Shown here piece by piece: positions 63,501 through 64,000 of a DNA stretch of 64,000 nt. Origin of the DNA: Octopus bimaculoides (Eukaryota); the NCBI RefSeq assembly GCF_001194135.2, contig NC_068981.1, positions 155,827,873 to 155,891,872 on the forward strand, read 5' to 3'. Position 1 is the stretch's first letter; every line of letters begins with the position of its first letter. The translations under genes were made by a program, and so were the position numbers. The notes under the pieces were generated by a model. That model worked only from the letters and a program-made list of their open reading frames with translations. It was not told the DNA's origin and did not search any database.

Positions 63501-63954
63501 TTTTACTGAGGAACCTGCATGAATAAAGGTCGAATTCTTGAAGATAAGAAAGGCTTCCGAGACAAAGGCTTCCTAGACACATAAGACACTGACGTTGTCG
63601 AACGTTTCGCATATTTTTAGAATCATCAACAAACAGTGTGTGTGTGCATGTATGCATGTGTGCGTGTGCGTGCGTATGTGTGTGTGTGCATGTATGTATG
63701 TGCATGTATGTGTGTGCATGTGTGTGTACGTATATATGTATAATATATATATATATGCATGTATGCGTATATGTATATATACATATATTCATATATATGT
63801 ATATACACATATACGTATACGTGTGTATATATATATATACGCATGTACATATATATGTGTGTGTATGTGTGTGTGTGTGTATGTGTATATGTATATATAC
63901 ATTATATAGAGAGAGAGAGAGAAAGAGAGTGAGAAACAGAGGGGGAGAGAATAA

Positions 63955-64000
<46 letters not shown>

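Overview
AT-rich eukaryotic (animal) genomic DNA from a gappy short-read scaffold, with 17 N-gaps totalling roughly 5 kb, nearly all abutting microsatellites or SINEs. The repeat repertoire looks like Octopus (inference from recognised repeat families, not verified). I cannot confidently identify any host protein-coding gene; the window reads as intergenic or large-intron DNA dominated by transposable elements. Supported content: a full-length but decayed Ty3/Gypsy (Mag-like) LTR retrotransposon (about 49.4-54.2 kb, minus strand); four fragments of RLE-type (R4/Dong-like) non-LTR retrotransposons; a LINE 3' end with two C2H2 fingers; two Helitron Rep/helicase fragments; a decayed hAT (Buster/Charlie-like) transposase; several MITEs (one with an 8-bp TSD, two TTAA piggyBac-type); about 40 tRNA-derived SINE copies in several modular families; Penelope-like remnants with degenerate minimal hammerhead motifs; and abundant simple repeats. 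Most ORFs in the supplied track are artefacts of microsatellites or N-runs. No clearly new biological system is evident. The best leads are a recurrent SINE-SINE junction, hammerhead-bearing or retrozyme-like repeats, modular SINE domain swapping, and a few candidate spliced exons. Boundaries of degenerate repeats are approximate (plus or minus 20-30 bp).
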